NCBI RefSeq assembly: GCF_009914755.1
Contig: NC_060927.1
Direction: 5' to 3' (one strand)
Origin: the human T2T-CHM13v2.0 reference genome, Homo sapiens
Length of the DNA stretch: 64,000 bases
This document shows positions 1 through 43,148 of the stretch, in pieces. The translations under genes and the position numbers were made by a program. Every line of letters begins with the position of its first letter. Position 1 is the first letter of the stretch. The notes beneath the pieces are model-generated. The model searched no databases, was not told the origin of the DNA, and saw nothing but the letters and a program-made list of their open reading frames with translations.

Positions 1-444
1 AGTTTTCAAAACAATTGCAAGAATAGTACAAAATATTCTCATAAACCTTTAATTTAGATTCATCAAATACTAACCATTTACAATATTGACCTTATTGTTT
101 TTTCATTCTCTCTGTCTCTGAGTCTTCTTACTTTAAAAATTCAAACACTGGGAAATTTTTGTATATAGTTTTCATTATTATATCCCTTCTACCAGAATTT
201 TTGTACAATCTATGGACAAATTTTATTCTTAGCTTTGTTCTACTATGCAGAACCAACTGAATGTTAATTAAGACATCTCAGGTATTCTTCTAAGATCAGT
301 AAAATTGTCCTGATGAATCTAGTTCAATATATAAAAATAAGTTGCTCTTATTTACTCTTCTGTGCTCTGGAAAATGAGTGTACCTATAACATTTTGAATT
401 CCATGTTAGGCAGAACAGATGGTAATTATCTAAACTTACGCTCA

Positions 445-985
445 TTCTCTGCACATCTTACTCACATGTTTATCACTCCAAGTCCACTCTCTCTTCTTCT
501 TTACCCACCTTTGAGCCTTGCAAGGACAACTTCTATGGACTGCATCATCAAGGCTGCCTTTTCCTCTGACTGTTGGGTTTGGCCAATGAGGAAAATGGGT
601 GGAAGAATGGAAGGCAGAGGAGGGCAAAACTGAGATTTTTTTTTTTCTCACAGTTCTCTTGCCAGGTTGTAACATGGCAATGGCTGGTTTTTGTTGTTGT
701 TGTTTCACTTTTGTTTTTGTTTTTGTTTTTCTGAAAACCATAGCTCCTGTCAGCAGCTCTTCCATAGCTACTTACTGGTTTCCAGTTACTGATAACTCCT
801 TCAAGACTTTCAAGCCCAGGGGTGGTCATTGGCTCCCTCTATTGTTAACCCAGAGGTGCTTCACTTTCCCTTGTGCTTCCTGCTAGCCCTGCCTGCACCG
901 TTGTACATGTATTCTCTTCATTTAACTCATTCTACCACCCCCTTGACTGTTAGTGTCTGTTGCCGGCCAGAACCCTGACTGGTGC
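445..985 (+). mobile_element. LTR33 (ERVL-class solo LTR)
   Basis: Blocks matching the remembered LTR33 consensus: tatggactgcatcatcaaggct, ttgggtttggccaatg, ttcaagcccaggggtggt, gaaccctgactg. Confidence 0.7.
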
Positions 986-1967
986 CTCACTTCTTAGTGT
1001 TCCTGCTTCCACTCAATGCTCCTATTCCCTGGGGTCCTTCAACTAAAATTTCCCTTCTCCTAAAAATAGTTTAGCACCAAGTCTCTTATTTTAATCAAAA
1101 TTAATCTATCACATATCTCATTTGGTAGAGGACTCACTAGAGCTAAACTCATTGTGTAAGCTATTCTGAGGATGCTAATTGTGTCCTAGGGCATTTGAGT
1201 TGTAAGGACTCATTCTTTTTTAATCTTAAGAAAACTATCTCCAACGATAAAAATTGACATTCAGTTGTTACAGTTGATATTATCATGGTGTCCTCAAGTA
1301 AGCCAGGCCCTAAATGTCAGAGGAGGCCAGAAGGTAAGAGCCAGTTCAACAGGAAGAAAAAGTTGCCTGATCCCATGTTTTCTAAAACATATGCTTTATA
1401 ACAGTAATCTTGTAAAATGCTTTAAAAATAAAGGATATTTTTAGTGTTTAATTTTTAAGACTTCTTGTTCTGTAAGGCATGATACTTGTAATAAAAAGAG
1501 AAAAATCTGATGCTAAGTCTATGCATTGTTCTATTGCTTTTAATTTGCTTTTACCTTTTTTGTCTGAATAGTCATGCTTTCTGGAGGACCTTATAGTCTA
1601 AACTCAATGAAAATATAAATACTAATATAGCCTAATCAGAATCAATTGCAACCTCATAATCAATTTTGAATAATTTCACTGTTGAAAATAGCATAATTGA
1701 TAGCCCAGGTGGCCCCTCCACTCCTTTCTCTCATCAAGCTGTTTGCTTACTTTGTACTAGCTTCAGTATGACTAAACAGCAATTCACCAGAATAAATAAA
1801 AATTACAGAGAAGTAAGTAGTGTTTCAATAAAACAAATATTATAAAGAGCCTTTAAAATAAGGGCACAGCTTTTATTCCAATTATAACACTAGTGCATGT
1901 TATTGTAAGTAATTTAAACAATAGCTAAATACATTTGTAAATACAATATCTATTCAACAGCTTGGAA

Positions 1968-1970
<3 letters not shown>

Positions 1971-2022
<52 letters not shown>

Positions 2023-2084
2023 GAATATATATGTGTATATATATATCTATATATGTATACATATATACATATATACACACACAC
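1971..2084. repeat. Compound microsatellite (CT)n(AT)n(AC)n
   Basis: Read directly from the sequence. Confidence 0.95.
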
Positions 2085-4289
2085 GCAGATATAAGAAAAT
2101 ACATTATAGTGATGAAAATTAATTATAAAAATGATAGATGATCATCAAAAAAGAAGTTTGAAAAACTGGGCCTCTTTCTACACTCTGACCCATTTTTCTG
2201 AAACTCTGAATGGCAGCTGCCATTTTGACATGTTTTTCATTTTCTTTTGGCAACAAAACATCAATTTTGTTGGCCTTAATATTTTTATTTCTTGGCAGGT
2301 GCCCATCAAAACCTCCCCCCAAAATTTCCTACAACATCTCTAACTGCTTTAAGCTTGTCGAGACATTTCTGCTTAGTCTAGCTTTCTTTGAAATTCCATT
2401 TTGATAACCCATCTCATTAAAAAGTACTACAGAGGCCTCATGTTTATTTATGATTTAAACATGGCTCATGAAGCCATCATTCAAATCTCTGAATGCACTT
2501 TCTAATATATTTTATAACAAATAAATATCCATATGCTTTTTTATATTCTGATAATGTTTCCATGTGCTCAGCCATCTATGTTTAATGAAAAGCTATTTTT
2601 TTTTCCTGGCAAATTTCAAACATCTATGGAGCTAACTAATGTGCAGGCACGGACTTCCTGTGTGACCTTGGACAATCTTGTTACATCTCCGTAGATTATT
2701 TAAATCTATGGAATGGAACATTGTAATGAAGATCACTTTTCAAAAATATTGTAATAATTAGAAACTGTGAAGTGGTTCAGATTTATTAGCCTAAGTTTTT
2801 ACCATTTAGAGATGTCAATCATGCATAGGATGTACATTAACCCTTTTAAGCCATAAGGTAATCACTCAACAGGTACTTCAGGCTCTTTCTGAAGCAGGAC
2901 ATATCCTTCCTAATGTCTCTTCTGCTCTTGCCTTCCCCAGCTTCCTGCAGCTGTATGGGTAAAGTCATACCCTTGAGGCAGGGAAGCCCTTAGACAGCTG
3001 CTCTCCCAACAGGTGGGTTTGCTTTGGGTCTCTCTTCCTGTTGGGCTGCTCTGAGAGATACTTCTGAGCAAACCACAGAGTTCCTGCATTTTTGCCTGAG
3101 TCATTCTTGCTGAGTTGACCTTCTCTCCATTCACAGCCAATAATAATTAAACACCGTTTTTTCTGGAATTGCACTTTATGGATCAGCTGGGATGAAAGCA
3201 TCTTCCTTCCTTCTTTCCCCATCCTCTGCGATAATTTTGTTCTAACAAAGGAATGCTAGCACCAAAATTTCCAGTCCTGAAACCCTTTCTCTTTCCAATG
3301 TCCTCTGTAAGCTCGAGTTGTGGGCATCTACTTTGCCCATATTCCAAGGTCTTGCTTAGGTAACCTCTGTAGTCCTTTCTTGAGCCTAGGACTTCTACTT
3401 TTCTTACCAGTTACCCTCTTTCAGGACCAAAGCTCAACTCCTCAAGGCCATAACTAGGCCCTCTCCTCTCAAACTGATTTATCAGGTGCCCGAATCTTCC
3501 TGAATGTCTGGGATTCAACTTTTCAGCAGTCTTCCTCCCTACGTTCCATCTAATTCTAAGATGAAACCTTCTGATTCTTTGTTGTCCTCTGATCCCTACA
3601 TGAACCTGAGGCTGCTGTTCCCTGAAGTCTTGTTCTGTCAGCATCCAGGCCTGCTTCATAAAACCTGTCACTCTGCTAATGGTTAGCGGCTGAACAAAGA
3701 GTCCTCTGGCCAAATAAGTTTAGAAAAACTCTGATAAAAATATTATTTGGGTTTCCTTTTCGCAGGACTTACCTAAGCCTTTAATATGCATCTACGGAGG
3801 TAAAAATAAAGCTATATATTTTTTCCAAAGATATTTGTTGAAGAAACATTTGTCTTCTGCGTTTCTTAAAGGCCGAGTGTTCTATGGAACATACTTTAAA
3901 AATCCCTTTTAAAGAAGCTTAGACCAGAGAATCTCCAAGGTCTCTTTCAGTTTTACAGCCTCTGAGTCAACGATTCACCAAAAAATATTTTGGGGGGGAG
4001 TGATTGAAGTGGAAAAATGTGTTAGTGTTTAGCCAGCTTTGTCCAAAGGATAAGATGCACTGTATTTTGCTTACTAGGGAGTTATTTTCTATAATGGAAG
4101 ACAAAGAAAGCACAAGACACCCATGGTTTTGTTTGTTCAATCACTGAGAGTAAGTCTCAATTATTGAGACTTACGATGTGCCGGTGTGCTTAATTCTAGT
4201 TATGAAATTTTAATAATGAATAATATAGATTCTATTCCTTATATGAGTTTCCAAAAGCATTGTCCAGAACATCTATATTAAAATATCTT

Positions 4290-4455
4290 ATCATATACAA
4301 TATATGTAATTTAAAATGCACTCAGAAAATCTGCTTGTTAAAATGCAGATTCTAGTGCTTCACCCTAAATAGTCTAATTTAGACGGGCCCAGGATTTTAA
4401 ACTAGCATCTTATAGCATACTTATGTACACCAACATGTAAGAACTGCTGCTATTA
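4290..4455. mobile_element. MER5-family DNA transposon remnant
   Basis: gcttgttaaaatgcagattct...gggcccaggattttaa...aagaactgctgct resembles MER5A. Confidence 0.55.
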
Positions 4456-4659
4456 AGATTCTGGGATGGTGGTTGAGAACAGGAGCTTGTTGTCAGGTGG
4501 CTCTAGATTGGACAGAGAAACTCATACTGATAAGGTGAGGATTGTCAGGAAATAAGGCAGGCATCTAGCCTCGCATTAAGATGAGGTATAGAAGGCAACT
4601 GATACATACTAAGTGCTCAAAAAATATTAACTCCCTGTCCTCCATCATGGCTCAAGAAA

Positions 4660-5162
4660 ATACAACAGCTGAGCACACCCACGGGTTGCTTACTATTTAC
4701 TCATCAGTTTAGTGTATCTTATTTTGTTTCCATGTGAATTTACTTGTGAAGAGATGACTGGATTCTCTCCAGAGATAGGAAGATCCCTCCTGGTTTAATT
4801 CCTACCTTTATTTATTTATTTTTCAATTAGACTCAGGTATTGATAAAAATTCAAATGTCAGATTACAAAGGTGTGTGGGATTTTTCTTCCCACGTTACAC
4901 AATTTAAGTCGACTGTTTTCAGATCAAAACTCAAGACAACTCCTTCACCACATTTCCTGTTTGTAACTGAAACAAAGTACACACAAAAGATTTTAAGAAA
5001 CAGAAGAGAAAAGAATCCGAGGCACAGATAAAGATAAGTTTTACTGTCATGCTGCTTTTAACATAACAGAGCAACATCACCTAGGAAAAAAGTTTGTAGG
5101 AGGATTTTTAATCCATATATTTGTCTTATGGCTAGATAAAGATTTCTCCGAAAAAAAGAAGC
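4660..5162 (+). promoter_or_regulatory. TRAT1 proximal promoter and 5' UTR, CpG-poor, T-cell TF motif cluster
   Basis: E-box CAGCTG 4666; TCF/LEF TACAAAG 4864 and AACAAAG 4971; RUNX ACCACA 4947 abutting ETS TTTCCTGT 4953; tandem GATA AGATAA/AGATAAG 5026-5038. Immediately upstream of the start codon. The TSS cannot be determined from sequence. Confidence 0.7.
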
Positions 5163-36105
<30,943 letters not shown>

Positions 36106-37100
36106 CTGGACCATGATCTAGTTCAATGATTTGGCTCCTATTGAAGATGGCTTCTAAGAAAACAAGATGCACAGAGGACACAGAAGGACTTGGCAGCAGG
36201 GTGATGACCTGATCATTTGTTGATGGGATGGTGGCTTACCTCTTATTCACAGCTTACACTTATGCATGCCAAATGTAAGGCCATGAAAATCAGTATTTCA
36301 AATAACTTAAAAAATGCTTTACTACTAAAATGTAAAAAATTAATGTGCTCACCTCGGCAGCACATATACTAAAAATTAATAAGACCCAGCTTGAAAATTG
36401 AGCCTGATAACAAGATTACAAATTCACAATACCTAATACTTAGGGAAATATAAAAATTTAAGCATGAATGTGTTCTGGAACACGTTAGAAGAAAAATAAA
36501 AGCCAATGAGTTTTTTTTTAATTCTCCTTTCTCACCAATGGGCAATAGCCCATAATTGAAATAAATTTCTGATTGAAAGGTATAGGAAACATTAAAATGC
36601 ATTACTAAGAGAAGTAATATAATTTTCTTACAAAGTATTTTTCCCAAAGATAGCTTTACTATTTCAAAAATTGTCAAATTAATGCATGCTCCTTACAACA
36701 AACAAATATCAAAAAGAGTTTAGGAATTCTACTAGCCAGAGATAGTCACTTGGAGAAACTTTCTATATATCCTTCTAAATATTTTTCTGGGCATGCTTAT
36801 GTATGTACATCAGTTGTTTCTTTTTATTTTGAACCAAAAATGTGGTTTCTTTTGTACACATTACTTAAACTTTCTTTCCAGTCAACAATATATTGTGGAT
36901 TTATTTTCACTGTTATATTTAACTATATATAAATACGCATATATTGTAATTTTAATGTCTGCTTAGCACCCCACTGATAACCAAATCACAGTTTATTTAA
37001 ATAATTTTAATGACTTTTCAAAAACAATTTATTGATGCAAAAAGCAAGGTTGAGATGACAATGTTTCTTTCAATAATTAAAAAATACTGCTTCACTGTCT
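36106..37100 (+). other. TRAT1: TRAT1 3' UTR (end approximate)
   Basis: Follows the stop codon. Candidate poly(A) signals: AATAAA 36495 and 36560, ATTAAA 36591 and 37076; the last is followed by CA at 37093 and a GT/T-rich tract. Confidence 0.65.
36345..36376 (+). pseudogene. 3'-truncated (tailless) U6 snRNA retrocopy, U6 nt 1 to about 30
   Basis: gtgctcacctcggcagcacatatactaaaa versus U6 GTGCTCGCTTCGGCAGCACATATACTAAAA (2 mismatches). Flanked by the direct repeat aaaaattaat at 36335-36344 and 36371-36380. Confidence 0.9.
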
Positions 37101-37110
37101 TCTCTCTGTT
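37076..37110 (+). terminator. Probable distal TRAT1 polyadenylation signal and cleavage region
   Basis: ATTAAA at 37076-37081, CA at 37093-37094, downstream ctgtcttctctctgtttc. Confidence 0.5.
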
Positions 37111-38590
37111 TCATCAGAAACACATACTATAATACTTGTCTCTGTCCTTAAGTGTGATACACGCTATTTTTCTGATTGTTAAGACTTTCCTTATTACTGG
37201 TTCTAATTTGATTATAATATGCCAAGGTATGGTTATTTTTCAAGTGTCTTGTGTTTGGAATTTGTGGAGCTTCTTAGATCTATGTATTTATATTTTCATC
37301 AAATTTGGGTGGGGGAAAATGACCAATATTTTTTTTTCTGTGACCCTCCGCATTTTCAAGTTTTTCAATTACTTGCAAATGGTCCCACATTTTACTTATC
37401 TGTTTATTTTATTTCATTCTTTTTTGTATTTCATTTTGGATAGTTTTTCTTGCTACATCTTCAAGTTCATGAATCTTTTTTTTCTAAATGATCTAATCTG
37501 CCATAATCCTAGACAGGACTTTTTAATCTCAGATAACTTAGTTTTTATTTCTATAAATTTAGTTTGGGTCTTTTGTCCCCCATATTTCATGTCTCTAACG
37601 TACTTAATCTCTCATCTAACATCTTCAACCAATGGATACAGTTGTAACAACTGTTTTAATGCTTCTTAAAATCTACTAATTCTGTTATCTGTCATTGTGA
37701 ATGAGTTTCAAGTGATTTATTTTTCTCATTATGGGTTATATTTTTCTGCCTCTCTAAATGCCTGATGATTTTTAATTAGGCAGAAAATACTGTACATTTT
37801 CCTTTGTTTGGCAATGCATATTTTTGCATTCTTATGTTTTTGAGCTATGTAGCTGAAAACTAACTTGATAGTTTGTTTTCAGTGACATAGCTAACTGAAA
37901 ACTATCAAGTTACTTGAACACAATTTGATCATTTAGAATCTTGCTTTTAAATTTTGTTAGATTAAGCCAGAGCAGCTTTTAGACTAAGTTAAATTTAGTT
38001 TATTACTGAGGAAAGATCCTCGTTAGTACTTAGTACCACCGTTCATGAATTAGGACGTTTTCCACTTTGGCTGTTGATAATCGACACTATTCCCAGCCAT
38101 GTGTGAGTCATGGGCACTGTTTTCTTTATTATTTTCAGGTGGGTTTTTCCCCAAGTTCGGGTAGTTTTGTCACTTGCGTGCACTGACCAGTACTTAACTG
38201 AATACTTGACGGCGACTCTTCACATATCTCCAGAGTTTTCTCTACACGCAGCTCTCTTCTCTCCAGTATTCTGCCTTTTTGACTTCTCTTGACCTGGAGC
38301 TCCATCTCCTCAATTCAAGAGATCAATGGTCTTTTACCTAGGTTTCCTCTACCTGCTCCAAGGCCTGAAACTTTTCTCCAGGCAATAAGATAGGATGATA
38401 GGAAGGTTTACCTCATTTGTTTCCCATCTTTCAGGGACCGACCTTTGTCCTTCATTGCCTGAAACAGTATGTCAAGTAACACTGTTTCATCTACTTTGTC
38501 TGGAGTTTAGTTGTTTCAGCTGGCAGAGTATGTTCAGGTAGTAGGGTAAATCTAGGATGTTATTCTATCTTTGTCAGAAGCAGAAATCCA
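37110..38590 (-). mobile_element. Old L1M (ORF1/5' region), antisense
   Basis: T-rich strand with L1M-like blocks: ttgattataatatgcc, gagcttcttagatctatg, ttcatcaaatttggg. Confidence 0.65.
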
Positions 38591-38776
38591 AGGCATTCTT
38601 ACCACTTTACTGTAATTCTATAGTATATTTTTAGTGTAATTTAGTATAATTCGATAAGCTAAGCAGGATCATTTGAAATGTGAGTAAGCTATGAATTACT
38701 GATCATCATGTAATTATTAGGGACTATATATACATCACCTTTGGCAGTTTTCAGGGCTTATGTTCCAGAAGGAATA

Positions 38777-39073
38777 CAGGATGAATATCCTGTATTTGGA
38801 AACAGAAGTGTTTCTGATTTTTAGATTTTGGAATATTTATTCATATGTAGTGAAGTATCTTAGGGATGCGACTTAAGCCTAGACAGAAAATTCATTTATG
38901 TTTATATACACATAGCTTGAGGGCTATTTATGTAATATTTGTAAATAATTTTGTGCATTCATCACATAATGTCAGGTGTGGAATTTTCCACTTGTGGAGT
39001 CATGGCACTCAAAAAGTTTTCCACTTTGGACCATTTTGGATTTTGGATTTTCAGATTATGGATCCTCAGCCTG
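38777..39073. mobile_element. Tigger4b (MER46/Zombi) DNA transposon
   Basis: TA|CAGGATGAATATCC ... GGATCCTCAGCCTG|TA termini; internal cagaagtgtttc and ttttggattttggattttcagatta. Confidence 0.85.
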
Positions 39074-39939
39074 TATCATTATAAGCCTTAACATTTCAAC
39101 TGGAAAAAAAATATGTACGGAGGAAAAGAAAAAGAAAAATCATGACTAGAAAACAGATGAATTCCAAGTCTTGAGATTTTCACTGACAATGTTTTAAAGG
39201 TCCGATAAGTTGAACTCAAATCTCAAAAATAGGAGGGATAACTCATTTCCTTTTGGTATTAAATGGCTTATTTCTAGCAGAGTAAAGGGAGGGTGATTAG
39301 TTTAGACATATGCTTTAAATCTTCCTCTGAGGTTTTGTCATTTGATTAACAGAACAGACAATTTATATTAACACAGAAAAACAGAGCATTGACAGAAAGG
39401 AACAAGACAGAATATAAATTCAACAGAGGTACACTTCTAAATGCTATTTGCCATTCTTTAACCTCTTCTGAAGGGCTCTTCTGCACCCACTCACAGCTTC
39501 TACTACCTAGGAAGTCATGCATCAAGGGTGGGTACCTGAATCACGACAGTGGATTCTCCTTTTTTTCAGTTTCAATAAAACTTTTTTTACAAAATCAAGC
39601 AGGCCAGATGTAGCCTAGGGGCCATAGTTGGCTGACGCCTGGCAAGATCATTTGTTTCATTAGGAGCTTGCAAAATGATATGCTAGTCCTGTTATTCCTT
39701 CTTCATGTATTAGTTGGAATACATTATAGGAAGAAGACAGTAGATTCATCTTTGAACCAACCTAGATACAAGAGACTGGATAGTGATCAGAACAACAACA
39801 ACAAAAAAAAACAATAGATAGAATTGGGGCTTTGAAAAGCAGGGTACAATTACAAGGGGAAGAAACTTAGAGTAAGATGGCAGAGACTGGAGTTCAAAGC
39901 TCCATAACTAATCAGACTAATCATATAACAATCATGACA

Positions 39940-40150
39940 ATGATAAGTCATATTTATTGAGAACTTGCTAAGTGTAAGACACTGTGATAAGTGCTTACCT
40001 GCATACTTAATTTAATCACATAACACCCTAAAAGATAGATGCTAACCTTAAAGATGAAGAAACCAAGACTGATAAAAAGTAACTTGCCTGATGTCACACA
40101 AATAAACTGTAGACTCAGGATTTGAATATAAGTAGTCTAAGTGTAGAACT
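39940..40150. mobile_element. MIR remnant
   Basis: aaagatgaagaaaccaagact...aagtaacttgcctgatgtcacaca...caggatttgaa. Confidence 0.7.
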
Positions 40151-41854
40151 TGCTCTGTAGAATAGCTGATTTCTAGAGTTGGGTTTAAGTGCTCTTGGGC
40201 CCTATTTCTTAATTATCCCTGCATCCTATCTATTTAATAATAGTAATCTCTTTATTTTAAGTGCTGTGCTTGCATTTCTGTTATTTAAAATCAAAAGAGG
40301 CTAACTAAAACAAATTGAAAACAATTCTTAAAAATAATGACGATTTATGGCAGCTTGTACACACTAACAGCCCTTCTAATTTAGGAAAAATCCAACAATA
40401 AATCCCCTTAAATGACAGGCTGTTGCTTTCAATAAACACTAAGACTTACATCTACCACAATATTTTCATATTAAAGTGTTTTTACAGGAAAGTATTTTAT
40501 TAATGCCACTTGCTTTAAAATGACTTAGCTTTTCTTTTTCAGTTTTGTGTATAAAAAAAGAGGTTTTCCCTGCAGTGACCTCATATTCACTCTCCATAAG
40601 AGACAGAACCCAAAACTAACTTACAAAAACAAAAATAAATAAATCCCGATATTGAAGCTAAGACATAATTTTGTGCCCCCTTTTGTCTAATTTTTTCTGT
40701 AGGGGATGAAAGTTATCTCATTTGGAATCAGGGAAACATTTGTTATTTAGACCAAAATGGAAGAGAATGGAAAAAGAATCTCAATCAATAGCGTTCTTGG
40801 CCACCTCTGATGTAATGGACAAGTCTTTAAAGATGTCAGTAACCATCATAACACTTGAGAATTAAGTAGGTTTATTTCTTCCATCTGCATTGATTAAGAA
40901 CATACTTGGTAAATTAACTGGAAAAATTGGGTCAAGTGAGGAATAAATTTTTAAAGTACCATAAACATTTAAATTTAAAACGTATAAACATTTAGTCATT
41001 AACTTTTGATATAGGGCCAAGGCCTTACTTTGAGTAGGTCTATGATTGAAGTTTCATGTCATTTTTCTTGTATAAATATCATTGTCCATAAAACACTGTC
41101 TATGGTCCCAGTTTTGGTTTTGTTTTTAAGTGAAATGAGAACTTGAAAACATTTCTAATGAAATCTAACTGCAGCATCCCTCAAGATTTTTGGTTTTTCT
41201 TCCGAGACTTTAAGAGTTATTTCACCCTTACCTAAATTGTCAGTAATTTTTTTTTAGCAATTCGGTTTATTGATTCTTTGGAATCAGTGAACTTAACTAT
41301 CATAGGAAAAGTTCCCTCCACACCCATATTTCATTAGGACACATAACAATTATCTTATGTAATTACAAGTACAGCCAAAATAATCAAGTGCAGGAACAAA
41401 CACCATGCACTCCTGGGAAACACAGTTTTGGTGGTGGGAGAGACTCAGGAGGTTATAAGAATAGTCTACTGGCCATGGTGTTTATTGTGCTGGGTCAGGA
41501 TTCAGTATGTTGATAGAAGGAAGGGAAAATGGCTCACATAGGTAGAGGTCAGTTAACAATGCCTCTATTTTACAAACCCAAGTTAACTTTACAGGATGAA
41601 TTATTAGAACAATGGAAGAGTCTCCCACATCCTTTGCTGTTCTATTTTGTCTTTTTTTTTTTAACCACACAAGCAGTAGTGGTACCCAAAAATTCTACCA
41701 TTTGAAAAATTAATTTTTAAATTAAATACTCTACTTTTTAGTCTTTCTACAAAGTATTGAGAAAGAAAAAAAACTTAAGAAAACTGGGGCAAATCAGTTT
41801 TTCTCCAATTTCCATTCTCCCATTTTTCCTAAGTACAGAATCTTTACTTTTAAC

Positions 41855-42325
41855 TGGTGATCAAGACAGCATTAACTTCTCAAGTTAACTAAACTTCAGA
41901 CAGATTTCTTCCTGTCCGTTTTCCTATTTACTTAAAAAACAAACTCATCATTGCAAATTCTTTTTTGGCTCCCTTTCAAGTGTGTATGTCTCCTCAAAAA
42001 GCTTTTACCTATTTGATTACCCCCAGAAATGTCTCTCTCAAAAACCTGAAAACCATCTCTTTGAAATGTAATTTCTGAAGGAAGATAATGCCTTTATCCT
42101 CCAGTCTGTGGGAGGGCAAAAGCCTACCTTCCGTCATGGAGATAGGTCAGAATTAAGCACAGGTGGCCTACCGTTACCCCCACCCCAGCTCTTAAAAACT
42201 CTCCAGCCTTTTGTTTCACCCTGAACTCAGAGGCTGAGTTGAGTTCAACCTCTCTCCTGTATTGCAATAGTCTTGAATAAAGTCTCTCTTGCTTGTTTAA
42301 CTTTGGCTCATTTTTCACTTTAATA
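41855..42325 (+). mobile_element. MER31/MER34-group ERV1 LTR
   Basis: ccatctctttgaaatgtaat, gtctgtgggaggg, gttgagttcaacctctctcctgtattgcaatagtcttgaataaagtc. Confidence 0.7.
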
Positions 42326-42339
42326 CCAGATGCACGGCT

Positions 42340-42647
42340 GCTGGAACAATGTTCCCTCTGTAGCTTGTGTTGCCTTTCTTTGGCTCCTCATTACCTGTAG
42401 CTGGAATAAAGATGTGGTGGCTGAAGTCTGAATAGCAACATTTGATCACAGGATAGACTGCATGGGCTGAAGATGACAGAGAAATAGGATAAAAAGAGCT
42501 AAATTCCTAACACATGGAACAGCATCCCAGCCTTAGACCACCTATCTCCAGCCTTCTTTAATGTGAGAGATAAATTTCTGTTTTACTTAAGCCATTGTTG
42601 TTTTGAGATTTCTGTTATTCACAGGTGGACCTAATCTAACTAATATA
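42340..42647 (+). mobile_element. MLT1 (MaLR) LTR remnant
   Basis: atgtgagagataaatttctg...cttaagccattg...tctgttattcacag...taactaatata, an MLT1J/K-type 3' end. Confidence 0.65.
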
Positions 42648-42762
42648 CCCCAAAATATCTTGATTTCATTTTTCACCTAACTTCTTTTAAAGAGGTAGTA
42701 AGGAGTACTAAAATGATGTCATTTGGGGTGAAGTGGGGTTGGCAGAATGAAATTCACTGGTA

Positions 42763-43148
<386 letters not shown>

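Noticed and set aside
37136-37669. Longest ORF in the track (177 aa, hydrophobic, non-ATG start)
   Set aside because: It is the T-rich antisense strand of an old L1. The F/L/I bias follows from base composition, and there is no splice or homology support.
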